Assembly (NCBI GenBank): GCA_963848295.1
Contig: CAWKDB010000010.1
Location: 448,001-512,000 of the forward strand
From: an uncultured delta proteobacterium
GTDB taxonomy: Bacteria > Myxococcota_A > Polyangia > Haliangiales > Haliangiaceae
DNA length: 64,000 bases
Direction: 5' to 3'
The notes under the pieces are model-generated. The model saw nothing but the letters and a program-made list of their open reading frames with translations. It was not told the origin of the DNA and ran no database searches. Within the stretch, counting starts at the first letter, position 1, and each line of letters begins with the position of its first letter. A program made the position numbers and the translations under genes. Shown here in pieces: positions 10,888 to 20,970 of this stretch.

Positions 10888-12461
10888 CGGCGACCTGCGA
10901 AGCTCGGGTTATAGCGCTCGATCTCGGCCGGTTCGGTGGTGCCGCCGGTGACCATGACGCTGCCGTCACAGAGCAGCGTCGCTTGGTGAAATGCCCGCGC
11001 GATCGTCATCGGTGAGGTCGGCAACGAGTAGACGAAGTCCTGGCCCGGGTTCGTCGTGTCGACACACAGCTCGGAGGCGGTCGCAACCGCCGGCGTTCCC
11101 GGCGTCGGGCTACCGCCAGTCAGCAGCAAGCAGCCGTTCGGCAGCGGCGTGACCGCGACCCCGACGAGCCCGATCGTCGGGGCGCCCGGAATCGTGCTGG
11201 GCCCTAGGTCGACGACGCACTGGGTCGGTGTCCCCGTACCGCACGTGCTACCCGGGCAGTCGGAGTCGGCGCTACAGGCTTTGCCCGCGTCATTGAATCC
11301 GCCATCGATCGTGAAGCGCTCGACCTGGGTAACCGGCGTCGAATCGGTTGCGTCGGTGAACCCACCGATGAGCAGCACGCTGTCGTCCGGCAAGATCGCT
11401 GCATGGTGATGGACACGCGGATGCAGCATGTTGCGCGAGAACGAGGCCGAGAACCCGTTGCTGAGGGGCTTGTATAGCTCGGCGGCCGAGATCGCTTGCC
11501 CGTTTTGATCCGCGCCACCGGCGACCAACACCGCTGCGCCGAGATCGGTGCCGAGCAACGTCGCGGTGTGACCGTAGCGCGCGTGAGTGAGTGCCGCTGT
11601 CGCGCCATCGATCGTGACCGGGCCACCGGCCGGCTGCTCGATCAGCGAGACCGCCGGCGAAGGCGTGCCATCGTGAGTGCGACCGCCGATCACTACGATC
11701 GGCGCATTCTCTATCGTGAGTGTTGTCGCGGTCAGCTCCTCGCGCGTCACTGCCCCGATCGTGTCGGGAATGAGCTGGACACGACGCTCGCTCGCGTTCT
11801 CGAGCGCGATCGTTTCGATGTAGGTCGCACTAGTGTTCGTTGCGAGATCGACTCCGCCAATCACGACGAGCTGCGGGGTTTGAGCCCCGAGCGCGGCCAC
11901 GACCGTGCCGTTACGAGCGCCGAGCGTTCCGCCGTCGACAGGTTGCAGCGTGAACCCCGAGGCATCGAGCTGTTCGATTGCCGATACGAACGAGCCGTCG
12001 TTGGGATCGACGCCACCGATCAGCAGTCCGGTGCCATCGTGATACGTGATGCCAGTGCCATTCATGCGGAGCGACGGCGTGCCCTCCGGTGGATACGAGA
12101 GATCAGCGAACCTCGCAGACTCGGAAAACAGCAGGTGCGGTGACGGGTTCTCGGTCGCGGTCGCGGCGAACGTGCAGGTCCGGCCGTACGCGGAGATCAC
12201 TCCGTTCTGTTTGCCGGTGAGATGAACGACGAGGTCGTCCGCGAAGGGCACGCCGCCGACCTCGAGGGTGCCCTCGCCCGGGGTCAGCGTCGCGGATTGG
12301 ATGTCGCCAGCGCTGCCTTGGTGCGCGACCTCGAGCGCGAGTTGGTCGAGCGGAAAAGCCGACGCGCTCGCATTGTCTGGTAGATCGACGACCGGCTCGA
12401 TCGTAACCGTCGCGCTGGTGCAAGCAGCGATCACACCCGCGATCGTGACGATGCGGATCAC
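10884..12461 (-). CDS. Kelch/galactose-oxidase-type beta-propeller lipoprotein
   Basis: Lipobox IAA-C; repeats such as ARYGHTATLL...VLVAGG, RVHHHAAIL...LLIGG and ARAFHQATLL; GTGA overlap with the upstream gene. Confidence 0.82.
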   Translation of the reverse strand: MIRIVTIAGVIAACTSATVTIEPVVDLPDNASASAFPLDQLALEVAHQGSAGDIQSATLTPGEGTLEVGGVPFADDLVVHLTGKQNGVISAYGRTCTFAATATENPSPHLLFSESARFADLSYPPEGTPSLRMNGTGITYHDGTGLLIGGVDPNDGSFVSAIEQLDASGFTLQPVDGGTLGARNGTVVAALGAQTPQLVVIGGVDLATNTSATYIETIALENASERRVQLIPDTIGAVTREELTATTLTIENAPIVVIGGRTHDGTPSPAVSLIEQPAGGPVTIDGATAALTHARYGHTATLLGTDLGAAVLVAGGADQNGQAISAAELYKPLSNGFSASFSRNMLHPRVHHHAAILPDDSVLLIGGFTDATDSTPVTQVERFTIDGGFNDAGKACSADSDCPGSTCGTGTPTQCVVDLGPSTIPGAPTIGLVGVAVTPLPNGCLLLTGGSPTPGTPAVATASELCVDTTNPGQDFVYSLPTSPMTIARAFHQATLLCDGSVMVTGGTTEPAEIERYNPSFAGRR

Positions 12462-13525
12462 CACGGCGACGGCAGCCCCGCCGGTCGAACCACGGCATCG
12501 GTCGGATGGCTGCCGCCGATGAGGCCGATCGTCAATGGTATGATGACCGCAGCGGCGAGCGCAGCGCCACCGCCGGCCCAGGCCCAGCGCGAATCGTACC
12601 AACGATGAACCGGCGCCGGTGCGAGCAACTCGTCGACGGCTTGCGCGAGCGGTGTGAGATCCGCGCCCACCGAGACCGTCCGGCGATCACGAACGCGGCC
12701 GTCGAGGCCGATCAGGCGCGCGCTGCCGATCTCGTTATGAACTTCGACAACGATCACCCCTCGCACGCTGCTCGCGCGCGCCTGGATCAGCACGTCCGTA
12801 TCGGACGGTGGTTGATAGGGTTGAGGGCTCAGCGGCAACATCGTGCTGCCGGCGGCGAGCTCGACGCGACGGCCGAGTGGCGCGCTATCGGGGCAGATCA
12901 CGCGAACCCAATGTGGACCGGCGACCCGATCGATCGTGCCGGTCGCAATCGTGCCATCGACGCTCACCTGGCATCCGGGCGGCGCTTGTACGGTGAGATG
13001 CGCGAGATCGCGGTGCACTGCCGTCTCTTTTGCTCGCTCGAATTGCTCGATCACCTTCGGTGGGAACCGCTGCGGATCGAGCACGCGCGTCGGATCGGTC
13101 ACCGCTGCGATCACCATATCGTCCCAGGCGCCGCTCGCGTCGGACAGCTGGAGCTTGACGAGCCCACTGTACAGGAACAGATCCGACAGCTCCCCCGCGC
13201 TGAGATCGAGCGCACCGGTCGAGTCGGTTGCCGCGATCGCGGCGAGTAGGTCCTTCGCGGCGTCGCCGTAGCGGGTGTCGTCGTAGCCCGCGATCCCGCG
13301 CTGCAGTAGCGCGGCGGTCGATGCCGTGGCCGGTGCAGTCGGCGACCGATCGATGACCGCAGCGCCGGCACGCCGTGCGACCGCTGCGATCGGCGCGATG
13401 TTGGCGCCCGGCGCCCACACGACCACGAGATCGGCCGCGGGTGCGACATGCCCGGTACGCGTTGTCGCGAGGATGATCGCGGCGGAGCACACTACGCGCC
13501 CTAGACCTCGACGGACCGTGCGCAC
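12458..13525 (-). CDS. Hypothetical exported protein (TPR-like + PEGA-like, C-terminal TM)
   Basis: Long GC3-biased ORF; FPP motif; C-terminal RWY..RWAW followed by a hydrophobic helix, as in myxobacterial PEGA proteins. Start uncertain. Confidence 0.68.
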   Translation of the reverse strand: MRTVRRGLGRVVCSAAIILATTRTGHVAPAADLVVVWAPGANIAPIAAVARRAGAAVIDRSPTAPATASTAALLQRGIAGYDDTRYGDAAKDLLAAIAATDSTGALDLSAGELSDLFLYSGLVKLQLSDASGAWDDMVIAAVTDPTRVLDPQRFPPKVIEQFERAKETAVHRDLAHLTVQAPPGCQVSVDGTIATGTIDRVAGPHWVRVICPDSAPLGRRVELAAGSTMLPLSPQPYQPPSDTDVLIQARASSVRGVIVVEVHNEIGSARLIGLDGRVRDRRTVSVGADLTPLAQAVDELLAPAPVHRWYDSRWAWAGGGAALAAAVIIPLTIGLIGGSHPTDAVVRPAGLPSPW

Positions 13526-13581
13526 GTCGGCGAGTCTCGGCCGGTTCGAGATTACGGTCAACCGGCGCTATACTGCAATCG

Positions 13582-15258
13582 ATGGCCTTAGCGCTCGGTC
13601 GCTACGAGCTGCTCCGGCCGCTTGCTCGCGGCGGGATGGGCGAGGTCTATCTCGCGCGCCGACGTGCAGCGGGGGTCGAGAAGCTGCTCGTGATCAAGCG
13701 CATGCGCCCCGAACGCGTCGGTGACCCGCGGTTTCTCGAGTTGTTCGTGCGCGAAGCACGGCTGTCGATGAGCCTCGCGCACCAAAACATCGTCCCGGTG
13801 TTCGACTTCGGTCGAATCGACGACCAGGTGTTCATCGCGATGGAGCGCGTAGAAGGAAGGGATCTCGGGTCGAGCCTCGCGCAGGCTGGCAAGACCAAGC
13901 CGCTACCACCGTTGCTGGCGGCATTCATCGCCGCGGAGTGTTGCCAAGCGCTCGACTACGCGCATCGTCGCCGCAGCCCGACCGGCGCGCAGCTCGGCAT
14001 CGTTCATCGCGATGTCACTCCGCGCAACATGCTGTTGTCATGGTCGGGCGAGGTCAAGCTCACCGACTTCGGTATCGCGGCGCTCGCAGGCGACGAACGC
14101 AGCAAGAGCGCGGGCACGCCGGCGTATATGGCACCGGAGCAAGCGCGCGGCGACGCGGTCGATCCGCGCGCCGATGTCTACGCGCTCGGCATCTGCTTGC
14201 GCGAGGCACTGACCGGTGTGCGCGCGCGACCCGGCTTCGATCGCGACGCGATGATCGCGGCTGCACGCATTGGCCTACTCGAGGCCTGGCCCGACGGGTT
14301 CGAGTCACCGCTCCGCGCGATCGTCGATCGCGCGACGGCCAAACAGCCAGAGGATCGCTACGCCGACGCTAACGCGCTGCTCGCCGAGCTCGACTCGTTC
14401 ATCGTCACGGAGCGCGCCGCCCATAAGAGCGCGGCGCTCGCCCATCAGCTCGCCGCGTGGCTCACCAATGTCTGGATCGAGGAGCGAGATGATGCGACGA
14501 CGAGCGAAGAGATCGAGGCGTCGCACCTGATCAGCTTCGTCGACGACGGTGAGCTCGACGTCGTGGGCACCGGCACGGCACGCTCGGCGCTCGCGACCGA
14601 TCCGGACGCTGATAGTCCGCAGGCCGAGAATGCGACCCTGCCGACTCGGCCCGATCTCCCGTCGGCCCCGCGGCCACAAGTCGTCCCCGAGGTCCACGTC
14701 ACGACCGCGACTCCTGCGCCACGCCGGTGGCCGCTACTCGCGTTACTCGCCGCCGTCGCGGTCGCTGGCATCGCCCTGCTCGCCATGACCCGCAAGGGAG
14801 CCGAGCGATCCCCAGTCGTCGCTGGAGTCGCGCGCGATGCCGCGCCCGCGCTTGCAACCGCGGCGGGCCCCGATGCACCGATCCACGTCGACCCGCCGCC
14901 GACCGATCCACCGCCCGTGGCTCCACCACCCGCCGATGCACCGAAGCGCGCCGACCGGCCAAGGCTCGGCGACCCCGCGAAGGCTGCGCCTCGGGTCGAG
15001 CACCCGGTGCGAACCGGCAGCGCGGCGTTCGCTACCCACGTCGTCCGGATCAACACCAAGCCATGGTCGTACTGGACCGCCGACGGCGACCCGACCCAAC
15101 ACACGACGCCGGATCCGGTGAGCCTCAGCGTCGGAGTGCATACGATTCACTTCACCGGCAACCCGCACTATCGCGCCGACAAGACGATCACGATCGACGT
15201 GCCGGACAACGATGATTTCCGCCGCGTCGAGCAACTCGACGAGCTCGCACCGCCATAG
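13582..15258 (+). CDS. Membrane Ser/Thr protein kinase
   Basis: GGMGEVYLA, VIKR, HRDVTPRN, DFG, GTPAYMAPEQ; TM helix; Pro-rich linker; small C-terminal beta domain. Confidence 0.93.
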   Translation: MALALGRYELLRPLARGGMGEVYLARRRAAGVEKLLVIKRMRPERVGDPRFLELFVREARLSMSLAHQNIVPVFDFGRIDDQVFIAMERVEGRDLGSSLAQAGKTKPLPPLLAAFIAAECCQALDYAHRRRSPTGAQLGIVHRDVTPRNMLLSWSGEVKLTDFGIAALAGDERSKSAGTPAYMAPEQARGDAVDPRADVYALGICLREALTGVRARPGFDRDAMIAAARIGLLEAWPDGFESPLRAIVDRATAKQPEDRYADANALLAELDSFIVTERAAHKSAALAHQLAAWLTNVWIEERDDATTSEEIEASHLISFVDDGELDVVGTGTARSALATDPDADSPQAENATLPTRPDLPSAPRPQVVPEVHVTTATPAPRRWPLLALLAAVAVAGIALLAMTRKGAERSPVVAGVARDAAPALATAAGPDAPIHVDPPPTDPPPVAPPPADAPKRADRPRLGDPAKAAPRVEHPVRTGSAAFATHVVRINTKPWSYWTADGDPTQHTTPDPVSLSVGVHTIHFTGNPHYRADKTITIDVPDNDDFRRVEQLDELAPP

Positions 15259-15321
15259 CGAAGCCCGTTCGCTCAGCGAGTGGCTGTATCGACGGGCTGC
15301 TCGCTGTCGCTCGCGCTGGGG

Positions 15322-16062
15322 TCACAATCGATCTCTTCGGGCAGATACCGCCGGCGAAGCCTCCGCCGTAGCGCCGCCCATCAGCATGTATCCGCCACCG
15401 CGGATGGTCTTGAGCAACCATGGATTGCGGGCGTCGTCGCCGAACTTCTCGCGCAGCCGGACGATCCGGCAATCGATCGCGCGCCCGAACGCGTGCTCCG
15501 TCGTGCCCACGAGGTCGAGCAAGCGCTCCCGGCTCACCACCTCCCCAGCGTGTTCGGCGAGGACTTGCAGCAATACAAACTCGCGAGACGTGAGCCGGAC
15601 GGGCCGACCGTCGAGCAGCGCGACCATCGCACGGCGATCCACGGTGACTCGGCCGATCCGAATAGGGTCCTGGCACGGTCCCACGGCGTGACGTGCGCGG
15701 CGTACGTTCGCGTGGATGCGGGCGAGCAGCTCGCGTGGATGGTACGGTTTTGCGAGGAAGTCATCGGCGCCGGCCTCGAATCCGTTCACGCGGGTGTCCT
15801 CATCTGTGTGGGCACTGACCATCACGATCGGCACGTGACTTCGCCCGCGGACGTCGCGACAGAGCGAGATGCCATCGCAGCCAGGGAGCTGTACGTCGAG
15901 GACCACACAGTCGAACGCCTCGCTCGCTGCGGTCGCTCGCCCGGTCACGCCATCGATCGCGATGATCACCTTCGCCGCATGCCGCTCGAGGTACGTCGCG
16001 ATCAGTCGCGCGAGCCGCTCGTCGTCCTCGACGAGCAGGATCCGTAAGTTCCACTCGTTCAC
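15322..16062 (-). CDS. OmpR/PhoB-family response regulator
   Basis: LLVEDD, VVLDVQLPG, GADDFLAKP; winged-helix motifs LTSREF and LKTIRGGGY. Confidence 0.92.
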   Translation of the reverse strand: MNEWNLRILLVEDDERLARLIATYLERHAAKVIIAIDGVTGRATAASEAFDCVVLDVQLPGCDGISLCRDVRGRSHVPIVMVSAHTDEDTRVNGFEAGADDFLAKPYHPRELLARIHANVRRARHAVGPCQDPIRIGRVTVDRRAMVALLDGRPVRLTSREFVLLQVLAEHAGEVVSRERLLDLVGTTEHAFGRAIDCRIVRLREKFGDDARNPWLLKTIRGGGYMLMGGATAEASPAVSARRDRL

Positions 16063-16976
16063 GGATATGCGCCCGATCTAGCGTCCCCTGCGCCACGGAG
16101 ATCGAGCAGCGTATGCGCGCCCGCGCCACCCATCAACACGAGCTTTGCGCTCGGCGAGCTGGCAAACGCACGCTCGGCATCGATCTCTCGCAGACGAAGC
16201 ATCGCGGGAGTCAGGTTCGATTGGATCAGTTTCTGATAGTCCGCGGTGGCCTGGCCATCGAGACGTTTGCCGTCAGCAGCGGCTTGAGCGGCGATACGCG
16301 ACGCATCGGCTGCGCCCTGCGCATGGACGCGCGCGGCGTCCGCCTGCGCGTTGGCTTGGATCGCCTGGCGCTCAGCTTCGGCCTTCGTGGCCATCAACTT
16401 CTCTTGGTCTTCGGCAGCCTGCTTCAGGGCTTCTTGTTCTTGCGCGAGCTTGTCGGTGATCTTGGCCTGCAGTTGCTCGGGGAGCGCGACGTTGCGGACG
16501 AGCACAGCCTCGAGCTCGACGTGGCGTCCCTTGATCGCCGCCTCGACGCCTTCTCGGATCTGGCGCTCGATCACTTCGCGTTGGGTCGAGTAGATCTCCT
16601 CCGGCTTGAACCTTCCGACGACGCGGCGCGCCTGAGAGCGCAACGTGGGCCCGAGCAGCACTGCGTAGTAGTCTTTGCCTAGCTCCTGATCGAGCGCGAC
16701 TACCTCGTTTGCGATCGGATGAAACCGGATCGACGTGTCGAGCGTGATCCCGAGGCCATCCGACGATTGGACGTCGAGCCGCTCTTCACGCTCTTGCGAT
16801 CTCACGCTGTACTTCATCGCGTGGTCGAAGACCCCGATGCGCCAGTCGCCAGGTGGATAGACCTTTTGCTGGACTCCGTCGGGGGTGCGCACGACCGCGA
16901 CTTCTCCGGATCCGACGTGCGCGTACGCGCATGCCGCGGAGGTCGCGATGACAACAAGGACGAGGTGGCGGATCAT
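16059..16976 (-). CDS. SPFH/prohibitin (band 7) family protein, possible lipoprotein
   Basis: SSDGLGITLDTSIRF, LRSQARRVVGRF...EEIYS, Ala/Gln-rich coiled coil; SAA-C N-terminus. Confidence 0.88.
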   Translation of the reverse strand: MIRHLVLVVIATSAACAYAHVGSGEVAVVRTPDGVQQKVYPPGDWRIGVFDHAMKYSVRSQEREERLDVQSSDGLGITLDTSIRFHPIANEVVALDQELGKDYYAVLLGPTLRSQARRVVGRFKPEEIYSTQREVIERQIREGVEAAIKGRHVELEAVLVRNVALPEQLQAKITDKLAQEQEALKQAAEDQEKLMATKAEAERQAIQANAQADAARVHAQGAADASRIAAQAAADGKRLDGQATADYQKLIQSNLTPAMLRLREIDAERAFASSPSAKLVLMGGAGAHTLLDLRGAGDARSGAYP

Positions 16977-16994
16977 GATCTCTCCTGGTGTGGG

Positions 16995-17573
16995 TTAGCG
17001 GCCGAAGCCGAGCTGAATGCCGACGGTCCCGGTCGGCATGTGGCGAATCCCGCCGTCGAGGTCGGCCATCCAATCGCGGAAGGTGACGTCGATCCCGAGG
17101 TGGCGGGTCACGAGGATCGATGCACCGACGCCGACTCCAGCGCCTAGCGACGTGCCAGAGCTATCGAACGCGGGCCCGATCAGCGCTTCGGCAAAAGGCA
17201 TCACGACGAACGGCAACGAATAGCGGACGCCGACCGCACAGAACGTGAGCGGTTCGGTTCCGTCGTTCGTATGGATGCCGAGGTCGTCGACCTGCGCTTC
17301 GACCGCGACGCCGTTCTCCCCCTCGTAGCCCGCCCGCGCGCCGAACGTCCACGCGCGGTCCTTCGGTTCGACCGGTGAGTCAGTGTGCGCGACGCCGTCG
17401 GCGTCCGAGGAAACCAACAGCGCGATGCCGGTGTCGGCGCCGAGAAACAACCCCGAGCGCATTCGTGCATAGCCGCCGGAGCCGCCGCCGAAAGCGCCGA
17501 TGGGAGAACCCGAGGCGGACGCGATCGTCCACGGTCCGACCAGTGCGAGTAACGATACGAATGGACGGTTCAT
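16995..17573 (-). CDS. Small outer-membrane beta-barrel protein
   Basis: Signal peptide, alternating amphipathic strands and terminal VGIQLGF. Confidence 0.7.
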   Translation of the reverse strand: MNRPFVSLLALVGPWTIASASGSPIGAFGGGSGGYARMRSGLFLGADTGIALLVSSDADGVAHTDSPVEPKDRAWTFGARAGYEGENGVAVEAQVDDLGIHTNDGTEPLTFCAVGVRYSLPFVVMPFAEALIGPAFDSSGTSLGAGVGVGASILVTRHLGIDVTFRDWMADLDGGIRHMPTGTVGIQLGFGR

Positions 17574-17625
17574 GGCGGCCTCGCGCCGCGAGCGCTGATG
17601 AGGCTCGCGATCGATCTTCGCGAAG

Positions 17626-17641
17626 AGCAACAATCACGCCG
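17626..17641 (-). promoter_or_regulatory. sigma54 -24/-12 promoter for the OMP-SPFH-response regulator operon
   Basis: CGGCGTG-ATTG-TTGCT; ~40 nt leader with GAGG before the ATG at 17573. Confidence 0.55.
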
Positions 17642-17746
17642 AGCCGTTGACATGGATCTCCGCGAACGCGCTCGCTGCGGTCGCGGCGGCGTTAAGGCTC
17701 TACGGAGTTTTTCCAGGCGACCTCGGAGGATTTCCGGGTCATCCGG

Positions 17747-18055
17747 TCACTGGCAGCTAGTGGTGCAGGCGGACGAGCTCGTCGAGCCGACAGCATAGCC
17801 GGCGCACATCGATCCGCCGGTGCCGTTGGTCTCGCGCCAGGACGTATTGTCGACGAGGCACGCCGCGCACGTGCTGGACGCCTGATCAGTGGCCGCTTCG
17901 CAAGCGTCGATGCAAGGTGTCGGATCCTGCGTGGCGCAGGCGCCGCTCGGCATACACTTGGCGGTGCACTGGCTCTCGTACGGATGCGAGCTGCTGTCGG
18001 TACCACACGCGAACAAAGCCACCGCGAGCGCGAGCGTCCAGATCCTCGTTGGCAT
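17747..18055 (-). CDS. Small Cys-rich lipoprotein
   Basis: Lipobox LFA-C; several CxxxC and CxxC pairs. Confidence 0.72.
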   Translation of the reverse strand: MPTRIWTLALAVALFACGTDSSSHPYESQCTAKCMPSGACATQDPTPCIDACEAATDQASSTCAACLVDNTSWRETNGTGGSMCAGYAVGSTSSSACTTSCQ

Positions 18056-18138
18056 ACGGGGGACATACCTGACCTCCCACCGAGGGTCAACCAACCAGGT
18101 CCGGCGCGGCTTTCGCGAAGCTCCGCGAAGACTGCGGT

Positions 18139-19248
18139 TCATCTCGGCGACACGCGCACGCCGGCGGGCTCACTACACGAGGCTGACGGCTGATAAAGCA
18201 TGCCTCCCATCAGCTCGACGCCATCGTTGTCGGTCGACGTCGGATGAACATCGTACTGGCCAATCACCTGCACGCCCCAGTCGCATGCGGGCTTGAACGT
18301 CGCGCTCGCCCACACCGGCAAATAGAAGCTCGCGTCGATGCCGCTCGGCGCGAACAGGCCGCTGGTCTTACTACCTACGAGCGTCCCGGAGTCGGTCCAC
18401 CATTGAAGGCCGACGCCGCTGCCGGCCTCGACGGAGACGACTCGCAGCGGGACGCGTGCGCCGATCCGCAGTTGGTTCGTCCACAGGTCCCTCGTGCCGG
18501 TAAACGCTTGCGTCATCGGCTCGTTCGTCCCGGACGTCACGCCCGAGACGTGACCGCTTGTCGCGCCGTTCGCGAACGAAGCATCGCTAGCGATCACGAG
18601 ATGGCGCCGCTCGAGCGAAGACGACAACGCAAGACCCGTCGTACCGCCGTTCGGATCGAAACTGGCCGTCTGATGGAAGACGCTGTTCGTCGTCGATCCG
18701 GCCGGTAGCGCACCGTACCAAGCGCCGAACATCATGCCCCAACCGTTGGGCGCGCCGACGGGCCCCATCAGGCTCGAATCGGAGATCTCGAGTCGCCCCT
18801 CCGCGTGCTGCGTGTGGTCGGAATAAGCATCCATGTCGAACGCGCTTGGTGCGCACCCCGGCGCGTCGATCTGGACGTGGTGCCGACCGGGCGCGACCAG
18901 ATAGCCGACGTCGGTGGGGAGCCAGAGCTCGCCTGAATCGACGTCGCCATCCACATCGGACTCCGAATAGAACGACCAACGCCCGTTGAAGCGCTGAGCG
19001 TCCAAGGTGGCCCCGTCGACCGTGAGCGAAAGCCCGGAGTCGGGCGTCGCCCACGTATCGGCGCACATGATCGAGAGCCGCAGGTTTCCCTTTCGATATT
19101 CGCGCTGCTGAAAGGTGGACGTTTCGGGTCGAACGCCCTCGACGACGGCCGGCGTCGTGGTGCCCACCACCGTATCGGTTGGTCGTGCGAAAGCAGTGCT
19201 CGGCGCGGAGACGAGCAGCCCACAGGCGAGGCGTCTGATCGTCGTCAT
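18139..19248 (-). CDS. Hypothetical exported protein (PEGA-like N-terminal part, beta-barrel-like C-terminal part)
   Basis: Signal peptide (STAFA), VAPGRHHVQIDAPG, then amphipathic strands. Confidence 0.68.
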   Translation of the reverse strand: MTTIRRLACGLLVSAPSTAFARPTDTVVGTTTPAVVEGVRPETSTFQQREYRKGNLRLSIMCADTWATPDSGLSLTVDGATLDAQRFNGRWSFYSESDVDGDVDSGELWLPTDVGYLVAPGRHHVQIDAPGCAPSAFDMDAYSDHTQHAEGRLEISDSSLMGPVGAPNGWGMMFGAWYGALPAGSTTNSVFHQTASFDPNGGTTGLALSSSLERRHLVIASDASFANGATSGHVSGVTSGTNEPMTQAFTGTRDLWTNQLRIGARVPLRVVSVEAGSGVGLQWWTDSGTLVGSKTSGLFAPSGIDASFYLPVWASATFKPACDWGVQVIGQYDVHPTSTDNDGVELMGGMLYQPSASCSEPAGVRVSPR

Positions 19249-19260
19249 AGCCTCGCAACG

Positions 19261-19276
19261 AGCAACGTCTGTGCCA
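19261..19276 (-). promoter_or_regulatory. sigma54 -24/-12 promoter (near-consensus)
   Basis: TGGCACA-GACG-TTGCT; predicted +1 ~19250, ATG at 19248. Confidence 0.78.
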
Positions 19277-19491
19277 GGCGGCAACGCTCTCACATCCCGA
19301 CGTCGGCGGAGTCGTCCTTGATCGGCCGCACCGACGATGACCGAGTGATCCTATCGCACGCGCTCGAGCGTTCCGCACGAAAGAGGCCTGATCGACGACA
19401 ACTACTTCTGCCGGGCGGCGACAACTAATTTTGCCGGTCTCCGGGCCCGTCCTGAAGGCTCGTCAGACCCCCGGTTCCCACTCGGGTTCCG

Positions 19492-20970
19492 ATGGTCACC
19501 GACGAGCAGGTCAGGCTCTTGAGGCAGAAGCAGATGGAAGGCAAGAAGCAGGAAACAGCAGCAGCGGCCGCGTCGATGAGCGTGCGGTCCGCGAGGAAGT
19601 GGCAGCGCGGATCGCTGCCGACGGAGGCCAAGAAGCCAAGGACGTGGCGGACGCGGGAGGACCCGTTCGCCGAGATTTGGGATCGCGATGTGGTGCCGTT
19701 GCTCGGCACCGACGAGAAGAGCGTGCTCCAGGCGACCACGTTGCTCGGCTGGGTACAGGACAAGCACCCGGGCAAGTACGACGACGGCCTGCTCCGCACG
19801 TTGCAGCGCCGGTTGCGTGACTGGCGGGCGTTGCACGGTCCGCCGAAGGAGGTGTTCTTCGAGCAGCAGCACGTGCCTGGTCGCGAGGGCGCGTTCGACT
19901 TCACCGACTGCGGCGAGCTCGGCGTGACCATCGGCGGCGAGGCGTTCGAGCACTTGCTGTTCGAGCTCGTGCTCACGTACTCGAGCTGGACGTGGGTCGA
20001 CCTCGCGTTCGGCGAGACGTTCGAGGCGATGTCGGCCGGGATCCAGGGCGCGGTGTGGGACGCGGGCGGTGTTCCGCACGTGCTCCGCTCCGACAATCTG
20101 TCGGCTGCGACGCACGATCTCAAGCACAGCGCCGGGCGCACGCTCACGCAGCGGTACAGGTCGCTGCTAGAGCACTACGGCGCGACGTCGACGAGGATCG
20201 AGCCAGGCGAGTCGCACCAAAACGGCGCCGTCGAGCAACGGCACTCGCGCACCAAGCGAGCGATCGCCGAGTCCCTCGTGATCCGTGGGAGCAAGGACTT
20301 CGTCGACGTCGCTGCGTATCGCGCGTTCGTCCTCGACATCGTGGCCAAGCGCAATCGCCGTATCGAGGCGAAGCTCGTCGAGGATCGCGCGGCGCTCCGA
20401 CCGCTGCCGTCGTCACGGGTGCCGACGTACACGGTATTCAAGCCGCGCGTTCGTAAGTGGAGCACCGTTCGCGTCGGTCGGCAGACGTACTCGGTGCCGT
20501 CGCGGCTGATGGGACACATCGTCGAGGCGCGTCGCCACCCCGACACGATCGAGATCCTCTACGGCAAGAACACCGTCGAGGTGATGCCGCGCGTTCGTGG
20601 CGATGGTGCCGCGCGGATCGACTACCGGCACGTGATCTGGTCGCTCGTGACCAAGCCTGGCGCGTTCGCGCGCTACCGCTACCGCGAGGAGCTGTTCCCG
20701 ACGCTGACGTTCCGGCGCACGTACGACGCGCTCAAGGCGCGCACTGTGCGCGCCGACGTCGAGTACCTGCGCATCCTGCACCTGGCTGCGAGCACGATGG
20801 AGAAGCCGGTCGAGGACGTGCTCGTCGCGATGCTCGACGCCGGCGAGGCGATCAGCTTCGACGCCGTGCGCGAGCGCGTGGCGCCGATGCGTCCCACCGT
20901 GCCCGTGATCGACATCCCGCCGCCGGATCTCACCGCGTACGATCACCTGCTCGTCGGAGGTGCAGCATGA
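19492..20970 (+). CDS. istA: IS21 transposase IstA
   Basis: PGREGAFDF, RSDNL, NGAVE (DDE triad region) and YSVPSRL. Confidence 0.93.
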   Translation: MVTDEQVRLLRQKQMEGKKQETAAAAASMSVRSARKWQRGSLPTEAKKPRTWRTREDPFAEIWDRDVVPLLGTDEKSVLQATTLLGWVQDKHPGKYDDGLLRTLQRRLRDWRALHGPPKEVFFEQQHVPGREGAFDFTDCGELGVTIGGEAFEHLLFELVLTYSSWTWVDLAFGETFEAMSAGIQGAVWDAGGVPHVLRSDNLSAATHDLKHSAGRTLTQRYRSLLEHYGATSTRIEPGESHQNGAVEQRHSRTKRAIAESLVIRGSKDFVDVAAYRAFVLDIVAKRNRRIEAKLVEDRAALRPLPSSRVPTYTVFKPRVRKWSTVRVGRQTYSVPSRLMGHIVEARRHPDTIEILYGKNTVEVMPRVRGDGAARIDYRHVIWSLVTKPGAFARYRYREELFPTLTFRRTYDALKARTVRADVEYLRILHLAASTMEKPVEDVLVAMLDAGEAISFDAVRERVAPMRPTVPVIDIPPPDLTAYDHLLVGGAA

